A stretch of DNA of 64,000 bases from Spirochaetales bacterium (GTDB lineage: Bacteria; Spirochaetota; Spirochaetia; DSM-27196; SLST01), in contig JBKHII010000007.1 in the NCBI GenBank assembly GCA_046538735.1, forward strand, positions 15,296 to 79,295, given 5' to 3'. A program made the position numbers and the translations under genes. The notes below the pieces were generated by a model. That model did not search any database. It was given only the letters and a program-made list of their open reading frames with translations, and was not told the DNA's origin. Shown piece by piece: positions 44,494-53,040 of this stretch (position 1 is the first letter of the stretch; each line of letters starts with the position of its first letter).

Positions 44494-46410
44494 CTATTCG
44501 CGTTCGTCGCCGTTCGTCGCGAGCGCAGCCGGAAAGAGAAACTGAGCCTCGCGGCCGAGCGTCCGGGAGTAGACGCGTCGGATCCGTGCATCGTCGCGAA
44601 CGACCGCTTCCTCGGCTCGAACGGCATCTACGACGATCGCGCGCCGCTCGCGGCCGGCGTTGACGACTACGACGACCGCCCCTTCGGGAATCGTGCGAAC
44701 GACCGGCGATCTTCCCGCCGGCGTGGACAGGGGCAACGCCTCGCCCTCGTACTCGTAGTAGAGCGCACCGAAACTGTCTCTCTTGATTCGCGTTCGATCC
44801 ACGATGTGGTGCGAGACGACGGTCGCGGACGGAACCATGTACGCGGACTCTCCCGACACCACCACGAGCACATGAATGAGCCGAGCGGACTCGGGCACGG
44901 AAATGATGAAGGTCATGCCCGCGCCGGGACGATTGATGAGCTTGATCTCGCCTCCCAGAAGCGTACGCACCGAATGCATGACGACGTCGAGCCCAACGCC
45001 ACGGCCGGAGCCGGTGTCCGGCTCATCGCGCATGGAGAACCCCGATCGTGCCAGGACGTCCAGAAGTGAGCTCGACTCGTCGCCGGCGCGCGCGCGGACC
45101 GCTTGCTCGTCAATCCCGCGGCCGTCGTCCTGCACGACGATCCGTACCCGCCCGCCGATTCGATCAACGCGCAGCTTGATCGTCGCCGCCGGATGCCGTC
45201 CGCGTCCGGCGCGATCCTCAATCGTCTCGATTCCGTGATCGATGCTGTTGCGAATGAGGTGCATGAGCGCTTCGAGCACCGTGTCCCCAACCGCGCCTTC
45301 CACGAGCGCGCCGTGGCCGCCCACGGCCATCCTCACCCGCTTCCCCTGGCGCGCCGCGTACCGCACCGAGCTCGTCTTCAGCTCCCGCAGGAGGTCGAGA
45401 ATCTGTACCCTGTTGCTCGACCCGATTCGATCGCGCAACACCGTAGCGAACCGGACGATCTTCCGAGCGCGCTCGGCAACGTCGCCGCTCTCCTGGTTCT
45501 CGAGGTCGCGCAGCTCTCGAGCCGCCGCGACGATCTCCTCGGCGTACACGGCGACCTCCTCGTGACGATCGCCCCGAGCGCTCACGGGAGATCCGTCGGG
45601 CGGCTCGCGGCGCTCGCTCGTCGCACGCTCGACCACCGACGTCCCGGGCATCGCTTCTTCATAGCTGAGCTCCTCGAGAGCTTCGAGCTCGACCTCGTCC
45701 ACGTGCACCGCTCGGCGGATGATTTCCTCCTCGCCGCTCGTCGTCGCGAGCAGGACGAGCTTGTCCGGCGGATCCTCTTTCACGCTCTCGAGCGACGGTT
45801 CCGTACGCACAACCGCGCACGATACCTCAAGGTTGTTGACGACGAGGAACGATCGCGCGTAGCGCGTCTCCCGGTCGGACCTCAACTGCACGGTCACGCG
45901 GAAAAGGTGCTCGCCCCGCAACCGAGCCTCTCGAAGCATCCCACGCTCGGCCGCCGTCGCTCGCGCGTCGTCGTGGGTCCGGTCCGCGCCGGCGCCTCCC
46001 GCCCGCGCGCCGTCCACGTCAGTCGGTCGGCCGTGCTGCGCACCGTCGCTCGCATCGCCGCCGGCGCTCGAACGACGGGCCTCGCGCTGGGCGCGATGCT
46101 CCTTCAGCGCGATGCCGAGCGCACGCACTCCCCTGCGCAGCCCGTCTCCACGCGCCTCGTCCACCGCGCCGCCGGCGTCGCGTACACCACTGAGCTCGTC
46201 CTCGAGTCGATGCGCGCTCTCGGCAATATCAACGAGATTCAGGAACCCCGCTTCCGATTTGATCGAGTGCGCTGCGCGGAACGCTCGTTCAACGTCGTCC
46301 GCGGACAGCTGCCCCGTGCCGACGTTGCCGAGTATTCCGCTCAGAGTCTCGAGCATGATCGAACTGTCCGAGTCGAACATGCGTTGAAGCTTCTCGGTCT
46401 GCACCGTCAC
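44494..46410 (-). CDS. cheA: Chemotaxis histidine kinase CheA (P1-P5 architecture)
   Basis: HPt AHSIKSEAG; P2-like LFRVTVQLRSDRETRYARSFLVVNNLE; kinase HLIRNSIDHGIE, DDGRGID, GSGRGVGLDVV; C-terminal CheW-like domain. GTG start. Confidence 0.85.
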   Translation of the reverse strand: MTVQTEKLQRMFDSDSSIMLETLSGILGNVGTGQLSADDVERAFRAAHSIKSEAGFLNLVDIAESAHRLEDELSGVRDAGGAVDEARGDGLRRGVRALGIALKEHRAQREARRSSAGGDASDGAQHGRPTDVDGARAGGAGADRTHDDARATAAERGMLREARLRGEHLFRVTVQLRSDRETRYARSFLVVNNLEVSCAVVRTEPSLESVKEDPPDKLVLLATTSGEEEIIRRAVHVDEVELEALEELSYEEAMPGTSVVERATSERREPPDGSPVSARGDRHEEVAVYAEEIVAAARELRDLENQESGDVAERARKIVRFATVLRDRIGSSNRVQILDLLRELKTSSVRYAARQGKRVRMAVGGHGALVEGAVGDTVLEALMHLIRNSIDHGIETIEDRAGRGRHPAATIKLRVDRIGGRVRIVVQDDGRGIDEQAVRARAGDESSSLLDVLARSGFSMRDEPDTGSGRGVGLDVVMHSVRTLLGGEIKLINRPGAGMTFIISVPESARLIHVLVVVSGESAYMVPSATVVSHHIVDRTRIKRDSFGALYYEYEGEALPLSTPAGRSPVVRTIPEGAVVVVVNAGRERRAIVVDAVRAEEAVVRDDARIRRVYSRTLGREAQFLFPAALATNGDERE

Positions 46411-46412
46411 GC

Positions 46413-46970
46413 CTACCTCTCCGCTCCTTCGTCCAAGGAGACGATCAACTCTACCTCACCAACGGTCTTTCCCACAATGGAAGCGATCCGCGCCAAGGGC
46501 AGTCCCTGGAGGTAGAGAGCACGGACCCGTTCGCGGAGAGACCCCTCGTTCGGCGCGGGCTCGGGTTCTGTCGGCCGCCCGCCGGACCCGACTCGCGGCT
46601 CCTCGGGCGGTGGTTCGGCCGCCGCGCCGGCACGCCGCGCCGGACCGGAATCGGACGAGCGGATTGCCGGTGAGCCGAGCTTCGTGTACGTCGCGGGCTC
46701 GCTTCGGTGCGTCGCCGCCTCGCGCCTCAGAACGCCCACCCGCTTGTCTGCCTGTTCCACCAACCTCTCGAGCGTGGCGATTCGGTCCTCGATGAGCTCG
46801 ATGTTTCGTTCGGTCGTGGAGTTCAGCTCGGTAATGATTGCGCCGACCTCCCGCTTGATGTCATCCAGCGCGGCCTGCTGGCTCGTTCGCGCGGTGATGT
46901 TTCGGTTCAGAATGATATACGCGACCACCACGAGAATGACGGTGATCGCCACAGAGAGCCACCCGCTCAT
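46413..46970 (-). CDS. Hypothetical membrane-anchored coiled-coil protein with HTH-like C-terminus
   Basis: TM WLSVAITVILVVVAYIIL, a coiled coil, a Pro/Ala-rich linker, then RERVRALYLQGLPLARIASIVGKTVGEVELIVSL. Confidence 0.65.
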   Translation of the reverse strand: MSGWLSVAITVILVVVAYIILNRNITARTSQQAALDDIKREVGAIITELNSTTERNIELIEDRIATLERLVEQADKRVGVLRREAATHRSEPATYTKLGSPAIRSSDSGPARRAGAAAEPPPEEPRVGSGGRPTEPEPAPNEGSLRERVRALYLQGLPLARIASIVGKTVGEVELIVSLDEGAER

Positions 46971-46973
46971 CGG

Positions 46974-47288
46974 CTATCCGGAGATGTCCACATTACGGCC
47001 CAGGTCCGGATCGCGAAACACTTCGTCCTCCCGAGCCTCTTCCTCTTCACTCCGACCTCGGCCGCTACCGCCCCGGTTCCCGCCGCTTTCGTCGTTCACC
47101 TGCTCAGGCCCTTCTTCCTCGGTACTCGTCTCGGTGACACGGTGATCGCGTTCTTGGCTGCGTTCGGCGATCTCACTTGCCGCGACCGCCTGCGCCTGTA
47201 CCTGCGCCTCTCGGATCGCCGCCTGGTCCTTCCCGACCTGGTTCAGGCGGGAGAACAATACCTGGAGGTCGATGGGTTGAATCGCCAC
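46974..47288 (-). CDS. Hypothetical small acidic protein
   Basis: 104 aa, MAIQPIDLQVLFSRLNQVGKDQAAIREAQ followed by a disordered acidic tail. GTG overlaps the FapA TAG by 1 nt. Confidence 0.55.
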   Translation of the reverse strand: MAIQPIDLQVLFSRLNQVGKDQAAIREAQVQAQAVAASEIAERSQERDHRVTETSTEEEGPEQVNDESGGNRGGSGRGRSEEEEAREDEVFRDPDLGRNVDISG

Positions 47289-49234
47289 TAGCCCCTCCTG
47301 CCGATGGTCACATCCTCATCCGTCTCTTCGTACTTGGTCACCTTCACGGTACTCTTGTCCGAGATGAAGGTAACGGCCTTGAACTCGTTGCGCACCTCGA
47401 GGAACGCGTCCTTGATGTGTACGCGGACGCCCGGGAAGACGGTGCCGGAGGCCGAGATACGCCCGGCGATCTTCAGCCCGCTGAGGTACTCACGGACCTC
47501 CTGGATCTCCGCGTCGATCTTCTTGATCTCCTTCTGGAACGCAACCTTCTTGTCCTTGAGCTCCTGGTAGAACTCCTTCTTCTCTGCGGACACCGAACGG
47601 CCCGATCGAACAAGGTTCTCGATCGTGCCCATGTTCAGTTTCACGTCCTCGAGCTGCTGCTGGTACTCATCGCGCTTCGACTCGAGCCCGGCGAGCTTCT
47701 CCTTGCGCTTGGGATCGTAGCCGACCTCGAGAATCGTCTCGCTTCCCGCGACCGATCCGAGGCTCTTTGCGTTGATCTCCTCAACGGCTTTGAGCTGACC
47801 GCCGACGATGCTCGCTCGTTTTCCCTTGCAGATGATCTTGCGGTCGGCGAGCACCGTACAGCTCATGATTCCGTCCGAGACCACGACAAGATCGCCCGAC
47901 TCGACTCGAGCATTCTCGATGAACTTGGCCCAGACGCTCTTGCCGCACCGAATCGTCGCGGTGTTCTTACCCGCGATTCCCTGGTGCACGATGATGTCGC
48001 CCTCGGCGTCAAGATCGCTCTTGCCAACGCTACCCATGACCTCGATGTTGCCGGCCGCCTTCACAGTGAAGCCGTCGTCCACGTTCCCCTTGACGAGTAC
48101 GGTGCCGAGGAAGAGCACGTTCCCGGTCCGCAGATTGACGTCGCCGTTGATCACGTGCACCGGCTCAACGGTGATCTTCCCGGCGGTCACGATCACCTGG
48201 CCGTTGATCTCGGCGATAGCCGATTTCCCGTCGTCACTCAGCCGGACATTCTTGCCGATCGGAAAGTCGACGTCCTTTCCGTCGGACGCGGGAAGCAGCT
48301 TTCCCGTCACGGTCCTGCCGGCCTCGCCGCGTTGCGCGGGTTCTTTTCGCGCGAGAACCTGACCCTGCACGACGTTTTGCACGAGGTTGAGCTCCTTGAA
48401 GTCGACGCGGCCGTTCGTCTCCTTGAGCCGCACCCGACCAGGGTCAAGCTCGAAGCTGTACCGAATCTGGGCGTCCGCGCCGTTCTTCGGTGGAATACCG
48501 TGCGCAACGGCAACGGTCTCGCGGTAGAGCGGATCGTCCACGAAACTCCCGACCGCCTCCTCGTCTATTCCCGCGACGACGCCGTTCGACTGCAGGAACG
48601 TGATGACCTGATCGTACGACGGGTCGGCTCCACCCTCGCCCGGTGGATAGGCGATCAGATACGCCTTCATCTCCGCCTCGGCCAACTCGACCGAGAGCGT
48701 CGCGTCCTCCGAGGGGTCGTAGTCGAAATCCCCGACCTTGATGAACTCCCCCTCCGCAAGACGAACGACCTTCGCGACTCGAGCCTTGTCGATTCCTTCG
48801 TCCACCCGTTGGAGGAGCTTCTCCATCGCCTGTCGTTCGGTTGCCTTCGTGCCGTTGCCTGCGGGCTTCGTCACCTTCAGCATGACTCCATCCGGCGTCA
48901 GACGCACGAAGACCTGACCGTCGCGATCGGTATCCACGTTGTCCGATGCGAGAAGCGAAAGGTCCACATCCATGTCGCCGTGCTCTTCGTCGACATCCTC
49001 CGTCTTACGACTCGGGTATGCGAGCACGAGCCACGGCTTCTTACCGACCCCGAGCATTCCGCGCGTTCCGCGTTCGAGAACCTCGTAGTCGACCCGCTTG
49101 ATGGGCACTCCCAGCTCGACCGATGCCTGGTGCAGGACATCTTCCAGCGTGTCACCCGAGACTGTCACGCCCTTGTCCCGATCCTGGCGCATCTGGTCCC
49201 GCATGTATGTCTGGATCTGGTCGAGCGACACCAT
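47288..49234 (-). CDS. FapA/DUF342 family protein (flagellar assembly protein A-like)
   Basis: 648 aa. N-terminal Jag_N-like segment (GDTLEDVLHQASVELGVPIKRVDYEVLERGTRGMLGVGKKP). Repetitive beta-helix-like core (GNIEVMGSV..DAEGDIIV..). C-terminal coiled coil. Confidence 0.75.
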   Translation of the reverse strand: MVSLDQIQTYMRDQMRQDRDKGVTVSGDTLEDVLHQASVELGVPIKRVDYEVLERGTRGMLGVGKKPWLVLAYPSRKTEDVDEEHGDMDVDLSLLASDNVDTDRDGQVFVRLTPDGVMLKVTKPAGNGTKATERQAMEKLLQRVDEGIDKARVAKVVRLAEGEFIKVGDFDYDPSEDATLSVELAEAEMKAYLIAYPPGEGGADPSYDQVITFLQSNGVVAGIDEEAVGSFVDDPLYRETVAVAHGIPPKNGADAQIRYSFELDPGRVRLKETNGRVDFKELNLVQNVVQGQVLARKEPAQRGEAGRTVTGKLLPASDGKDVDFPIGKNVRLSDDGKSAIAEINGQVIVTAGKITVEPVHVINGDVNLRTGNVLFLGTVLVKGNVDDGFTVKAAGNIEVMGSVGKSDLDAEGDIIVHQGIAGKNTATIRCGKSVWAKFIENARVESGDLVVVSDGIMSCTVLADRKIICKGKRASIVGGQLKAVEEINAKSLGSVAGSETILEVGYDPKRKEKLAGLESKRDEYQQQLEDVKLNMGTIENLVRSGRSVSAEKKEFYQELKDKKVAFQKEIKKIDAEIQEVREYLSGLKIAGRISASGTVFPGVRVHIKDAFLEVRNEFKAVTFISDKSTVKVTKYEETDEDVTIGRRG

Positions 49235-49236
49235 GG

Positions 49237-50025
49237 CTACATGATCCCCTTCTTGATGTTCGTCAACTTCGCGCGAAGGCGCATGATCGCCTTCGTGTGC
49301 AGCTGCGACACGCGCGATTCGGTCACCTCGAGCACCTGCCCGATCTCCTTGAGCGTGAGGTCCTCGTAGTAGTAGAGAACGAGAACCTTCTTCTCCTTAT
49401 CCGGCAACTCCTGGATCGCCTCCATGATGACACGCTTGATCTCGTCCTTCTCAACGATGATGTCGGGATTCAGACTGTCCGGGCTCTCGATGCTGTCCGC
49501 GATCGAGACCTTGTCGTTGTCCTCACCGGTATACCAGACGTCGTTCAGACTCAGGATCGAGGTCGACGATATCTTCAGCATCGTCTTCTCGAACTCCTTG
49601 GAAGACATGCCCATTTCCTTTGCGATCTCGGCGTCGGTCGCCGCTCGCCCGAGCGAGCTCTCCAACCTGCGCACACTCTCCTCGATCTCGCGGCACTTCT
49701 GACGCACCGAACGCGGCACCCAATCGATCGAGCGCAGCTCGTCGAAAATCGCGCCGCGGATGCGCGTTACCGCATACGTCTTGAACTTCACGTGCTTGTC
49801 CGGATCGAACTTCTCAATCGCATCGAACAGGCCGAACACGCCGTACCCAACGAGATCGTCAAACTCCACGTTGTTGGGCATTCCCACGGCGACTTTCCCG
49901 GCAACGTACTTCACGAGCGGTGCATACTGCTCCACGAGACGGTCACGCACACCGGGATCGCGCGTATCCTGATAGATCCGCCAGAGCTCTTCTTCGGTTT
50001 TCTCGGCCAGGAGGTTGTCTCCCAT
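49237..50025 (-). CDS. fliA: Flagellar sigma factor FliA/WhiG (sigma-28)
   Basis: Region 2 [11 protein letters not shown]...[20 protein letters not shown]. Region 4 [37 protein letters not shown]. Confidence 0.95.
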   Translation of the reverse strand: MGDNLLAEKTEEELWRIYQDTRDPGVRDRLVEQYAPLVKYVAGKVAVGMPNNVEFDDLVGYGVFGLFDAIEKFDPDKHVKFKTYAVTRIRGAIFDELRSIDWVPRSVRQKCREIEESVRRLESSLGRAATDAEIAKEMGMSSKEFEKTMLKISSTSILSLNDVWYTGEDNDKVSIADSIESPDSLNPDIIVEKDEIKRVIMEAIQELPDKEKKVLVLYYYEDLTLKEIGQVLEVTESRVSQLHTKAIMRLRAKLTNIKKGIM

Positions 50026-50037
50026 GACTCCCCTTCC

Positions 50038-50829
50038 CTATTGTTCTCGCTTCAGCACGGTTCGTATCGCCCGGGCCATGGTGCTCGCATCCTCGCCCGC
50101 CTGTGCCGACTCTTCCACGTCTTCGATTTCCGAACTCTCGGAGAAGCTCCCCGAGAACCCCCCGATGTCCGGCAGGCGCCCGCCGGAAACGTCATCGTCT
50201 TCGTCCGGCCCGATCTCCTCGAGATCCTCCGGCTCGTCCGGCCCTCGCCGTGTGCGTGCCTGTTCCCGCACCTCGTCCTCGACCGCGTGCTCGCCGCGTG
50301 CCTCGTGTACCCGCTCGGCACGCAATCCGGGCGTAAACGAAGGCGTGTCAGCCTCCGGTCCCGGCTCGAGGCCGTCCTCGGGCTCCAGTTCGCCCTCGGG
50401 TTCGAGGCCGTGCTCGGGTTCCAGCTCGCCCTCGGGTTCCAGCTCGCCCTCGGGTTCCAGCTCGCCCTCCGGCTCCAGCTCGCCCTCCGACTCGTACCCC
50501 GGCCGAACCCTATCCTCTTCCGACACGTCCGGATCACCGACGCCGGAGATAACGGGCTCCTGGTCGTCATCGACCACGATATCGACGTGACCACCGCGTT
50601 GCTCGTGTTCATCGCGCGCCGCCGGGGAAGAAAGCGATTGCTTGAGATCGGGAAGATACCGTTCCACCACCGCCGAGACGCCCGCTGCCCCTACGCCGAA
50701 GACGGCGGCACCGAGAATCGCCCGGAGGAGCAAAACTCCGAATGCCACACCTCCCACGACGCCGGCCAATACGGAAATGAGGAACGCCGCTCCCGCGGCA
50801 ATCGAACTGGCACGCCAGTTGAACGTCAT
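50038..50829 (-). CDS. Hypothetical membrane protein with acidic hexapeptide tandem repeats
   Basis: 263 aa. Gly/Ala-rich TM segments at the N-terminus, (E/D/H)G(E)LEP x7, a long acidic region, and a conserved-looking C-terminus STMARAIRTVLKREQ. Confidence 0.65.
   Translation of the reverse strand: MTFNWRASSIAAGAAFLISVLAGVVGGVAFGVLLLRAILGAAVFGVGAAGVSAVVERYLPDLKQSLSSPAARDEHEQRGGHVDIVVDDDQEPVISGVGDPDVSEEDRVRPGYESEGELEPEGELEPEGELEPEGELEPEHGLEPEGELEPEDGLEPGPEADTPSFTPGLRAERVHEARGEHAVEDEVREQARTRRGPDEPEDLEEIGPDEDDDVSGGRLPDIGGFSGSFSESSEIEDVEESAQAGEDASTMARAIRTVLKREQ
50363..50488 (-). repeat. 18-bp in-frame tandem repeat, 7 copies (GGTTCCAGCTCGCCCTCG family)
   Basis: Copies start at 50363, 50381, 50399, 50417, 50435, 50453 and 50471. 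Copies at 50417 and 50435 are identical. Encodes EGELEP-type hexapeptides. Confidence 0.95.
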
Positions 50830-50842
50830 CGTACCGCCTTAC

Positions 50843-50871
50843 AGGTTAGATAATAGCACATGAGCCGTCAA
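50843..50871 (-). promoter_or_regulatory. Candidate internal sigma70-type promoter TTGACG-N17-TAACCT upstream of the repeat-protein gene and fliA
   Basis: Minus strand: TTGACG (50871-50866) and TAACCT (50848-50843), in the only AT-rich 50-nt gap of this operon section. SD AAGGCGG precedes ATG 50829. Confidence 0.35.
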
Positions 50872-50879
50872 GCTGAGCC

Positions 50880-51755
50880 TCACTGCGATCCCCCAAAGAG
50901 TTTCTTGAGGAATTGGCCCAGACCACCGCCCTCCTTATAGTCGATTTTCTCCAAACGACTCACGATGTGCTGAACGCAGATCGACGCCTTTCCCTTCGGA
51001 TCGTTGACGAGAAACGGCTTCTGTTTCAGCACGGCCTGGTGCACGGCCTGGTCCTCGTAGACGTACCCCAAGTAGTCGACCTTCAAGTTCAAAAACTGGC
51101 TCGCGATATTGATCACGCGCTCGGCGACCTTCTTGCCCTCGGTAACGCTCTTCACCCGGTTCACGATGAGTTTGAGCGAAAGTCCCAGGTTGTCGATCTC
51201 GGTCGCGATGATCTTGATGATGCCGTAGGCATCGGTAATCGCGGTCGGCTCGGGCGTCGTGACGATGATCGCCTCGTCCGCCGCAGCAACGAAAGACAAC
51301 ACGTTGTTCGAGACACCGGCGCTCGTGTCTATGATGATCACGTCCGCAGTGGAGAGCTCCGACAGCTCCTTGACGAAGTTCTGTCGTTCTTGTTCGTCCA
51401 GATTCGCGATTTTCGCGAAGCCGCTTGCACCGGCCACGATCTGGATCCCGTAGCGGGTATCCATGATGATCTCGCGCATCGTCTTCTGTTTGCGAATCAG
51501 GTGATAGAGGTTGTACTTGGGAATGATCCCGAGCACCACGTTGACGTTCGCGAGCCCGAGGTCGGCGTCCATGAGCACGACGCGCTTCCCGAGCTTCGCA
51601 TACGCCAGAGCGAGGTTCGTGGAGATGTTGGTCTTGCCCACGCCCCCCTTGCCGCTCGCAACGGTGATGATCCGCGTGGATCCACCCCCTGAACCACCAT
51701 GATTCCGCATCATCTCGCGTAGGGTTTCCGCCTGATCTGCCATCATCGTCTCCAT
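50880..51755 (-). CDS. flhG: Flagellar number regulator FlhG (MinD/ParA-type ATPase, YlxH)
   Basis: Deviant Walker A VASGKGGVGKTN. Located directly after flhF. Confidence 0.9.
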   Translation of the reverse strand: METMMADQAETLREMMRNHGGSGGGSTRIITVASGKGGVGKTNISTNLALAYAKLGKRVVLMDADLGLANVNVVLGIIPKYNLYHLIRKQKTMREIIMDTRYGIQIVAGASGFAKIANLDEQERQNFVKELSELSTADVIIIDTSAGVSNNVLSFVAAADEAIIVTTPEPTAITDAYGIIKIIATEIDNLGLSLKLIVNRVKSVTEGKKVAERVINIASQFLNLKVDYLGYVYEDQAVHQAVLKQKPFLVNDPKGKASICVQHIVSRLEKIDYKEGGGLGQFLKKLFGGSQ

Positions 51756-51756
51756 A

Positions 51757-53040
51757 CTAACTCACCAATGAGAACTGCTTCTCGAGCTTGGCTCGCGAAA
51801 CGTCGAAACCTTCGAGGTGCATCAAGAGGCGCATCCGGGTCGCCCGCTCAATGTCCTGGGGTACGCGCTGACCGTCAGTGATGAACGAGATTGGCTTTTC
51901 GCGTTCGGCGAGAACGCTGATGATGTTTCCCGCGCGCGTGGTCTCGTCCATTTTCGTGATCACGACCGCTTCGTACTTGAACGGCTCAAACTGGGTCGCG
52001 ATCTCCGCGACGTCGCACGTCTTCGTCGTCGCGCTGATCGCCAGATGTACGCGGGCGCGACTCCCGCACATCGACAGGACCTCGTTCATCTCTCCAAGCT
52101 TCCGGAAGTCGCGCGGGCTCTTCCCGATCGTGTCCACGAAGATCATGTCCGCGTCCTGGTAGAGCGCGAGGTACTTCTTCATGTCGTCCGCCGACTCTAC
52201 GAACGAGACCGGGATGTCCATGATCTGACCGTACGTCTCGATCTGCTGGCGCGCCCCGATCCGGTAGTTGTCGATCGTGAGCACGCGTATGTCACGCGAC
52301 TTCTTGTTGCGGTCAAGGCCGTACATCGCCGCCAGCTTCGCGATCGTTGTCGTTTTTCCAACGCCCGTGGGACCAACGAGGATCAGCACCTCCGGACGGC
52401 CGCTGCTTCGCGGCTCGTGCAACCGAATCGACAGGCCGATCCAGCCGATCACTCGTTCGTGAACGAGCTCCCGATCGTCGAGCTCCTCCATCGAGAGCTC
52501 CTTCCTCATTCGTTCCACGATGCCGCGGGTGTAGCTCGGCGAGAAGTCGTTCTCTTCCAGTCGCTCGCGAATCTCCGCAATCACCGGGTGCGGATCGGCC
52601 CCGCTCTGACTCCCGAGCGAATCGCGCAGGCTTCGGATCTCGGTGAGAACCGTCTCCAGCGTCTTGTCGCCGCCGCCGCGCATCGTCTCGAGCAGCCGCT
52701 TCTTCTCTTCCTCCAGCGAGCGGCGGCCGGACCCGGTGGACGCGCCGGACCCTGCAACGCCGGCGGCGTTGCTCGTGGTCGGATCCTGAACCGACGTTGG
52801 TCCCGTGGTTCCCGACTGAGCGACACCGTTCACGGGTCTCCCAACGCCGCCGGAGGAACGCGGTTCCCGAGAGAAGTAGCCGGTGACCTCAACGCCTTCG
52901 CGCGTGAAGAGCCCGAGAAAACCGCCGATCCGGACGGACCGGTGGTGCATGATCCTGGCCTGGCTGCCGTACTTGAGCCGGATCTTCTCCTCGGCCTCAC
53001 GGTGCGTGGCAGCTTGCTCAACAAAGTACTCCATCATCAC
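51757..53040 (-). CDS. flhF: Flagellar biosynthesis GTPase FlhF (SRP-type)
   Basis: LVGPTGVGKTTTIAKLA, DTIGKS, ITKMDET. Confidence 0.92.
   Translation of the reverse strand: MMMEYFVEQAATHREAEEKIRLKYGSQARIMHHRSVRIGGFLGLFTREGVEVTGYFSREPRSSGGVGRPVNGVAQSGTTGPTSVQDPTTSNAAGVAGSGASTGSGRRSLEEEKKRLLETMRGGGDKTLETVLTEIRSLRDSLGSQSGADPHPVIAEIRERLEENDFSPSYTRGIVERMRKELSMEELDDRELVHERVIGWIGLSIRLHEPRSSGRPEVLILVGPTGVGKTTTIAKLAAMYGLDRNKKSRDIRVLTIDNYRIGARQQIETYGQIMDIPVSFVESADDMKKYLALYQDADMIFVDTIGKSPRDFRKLGEMNEVLSMCGSRARVHLAISATTKTCDVAEIATQFEPFKYEAVVITKMDETTRAGNIISVLAEREKPISFITDGQRVPQDIERATRMRLLMHLEGFDVSRAKLEKQFSLVS

Noticed and set aside
46974-47288. Calling the 104-aa protein FlgM outright
   Set aside because: No similarity to the FlgM C-terminal sigma-28-binding helices is visible by eye. 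Only its position and disorder are suggestive, so it is reported as a hypothesis rather than an annotation.
47177-50853. 730-aa and 576-aa plus-strand ORFs (47177-49369, 49123-50853) antisense to FapA, fliA and the repeat protein
   Set aside because: They have antisense-type composition. The opposite strand encodes an unmistakable sigma-28 and a DUF342 protein.
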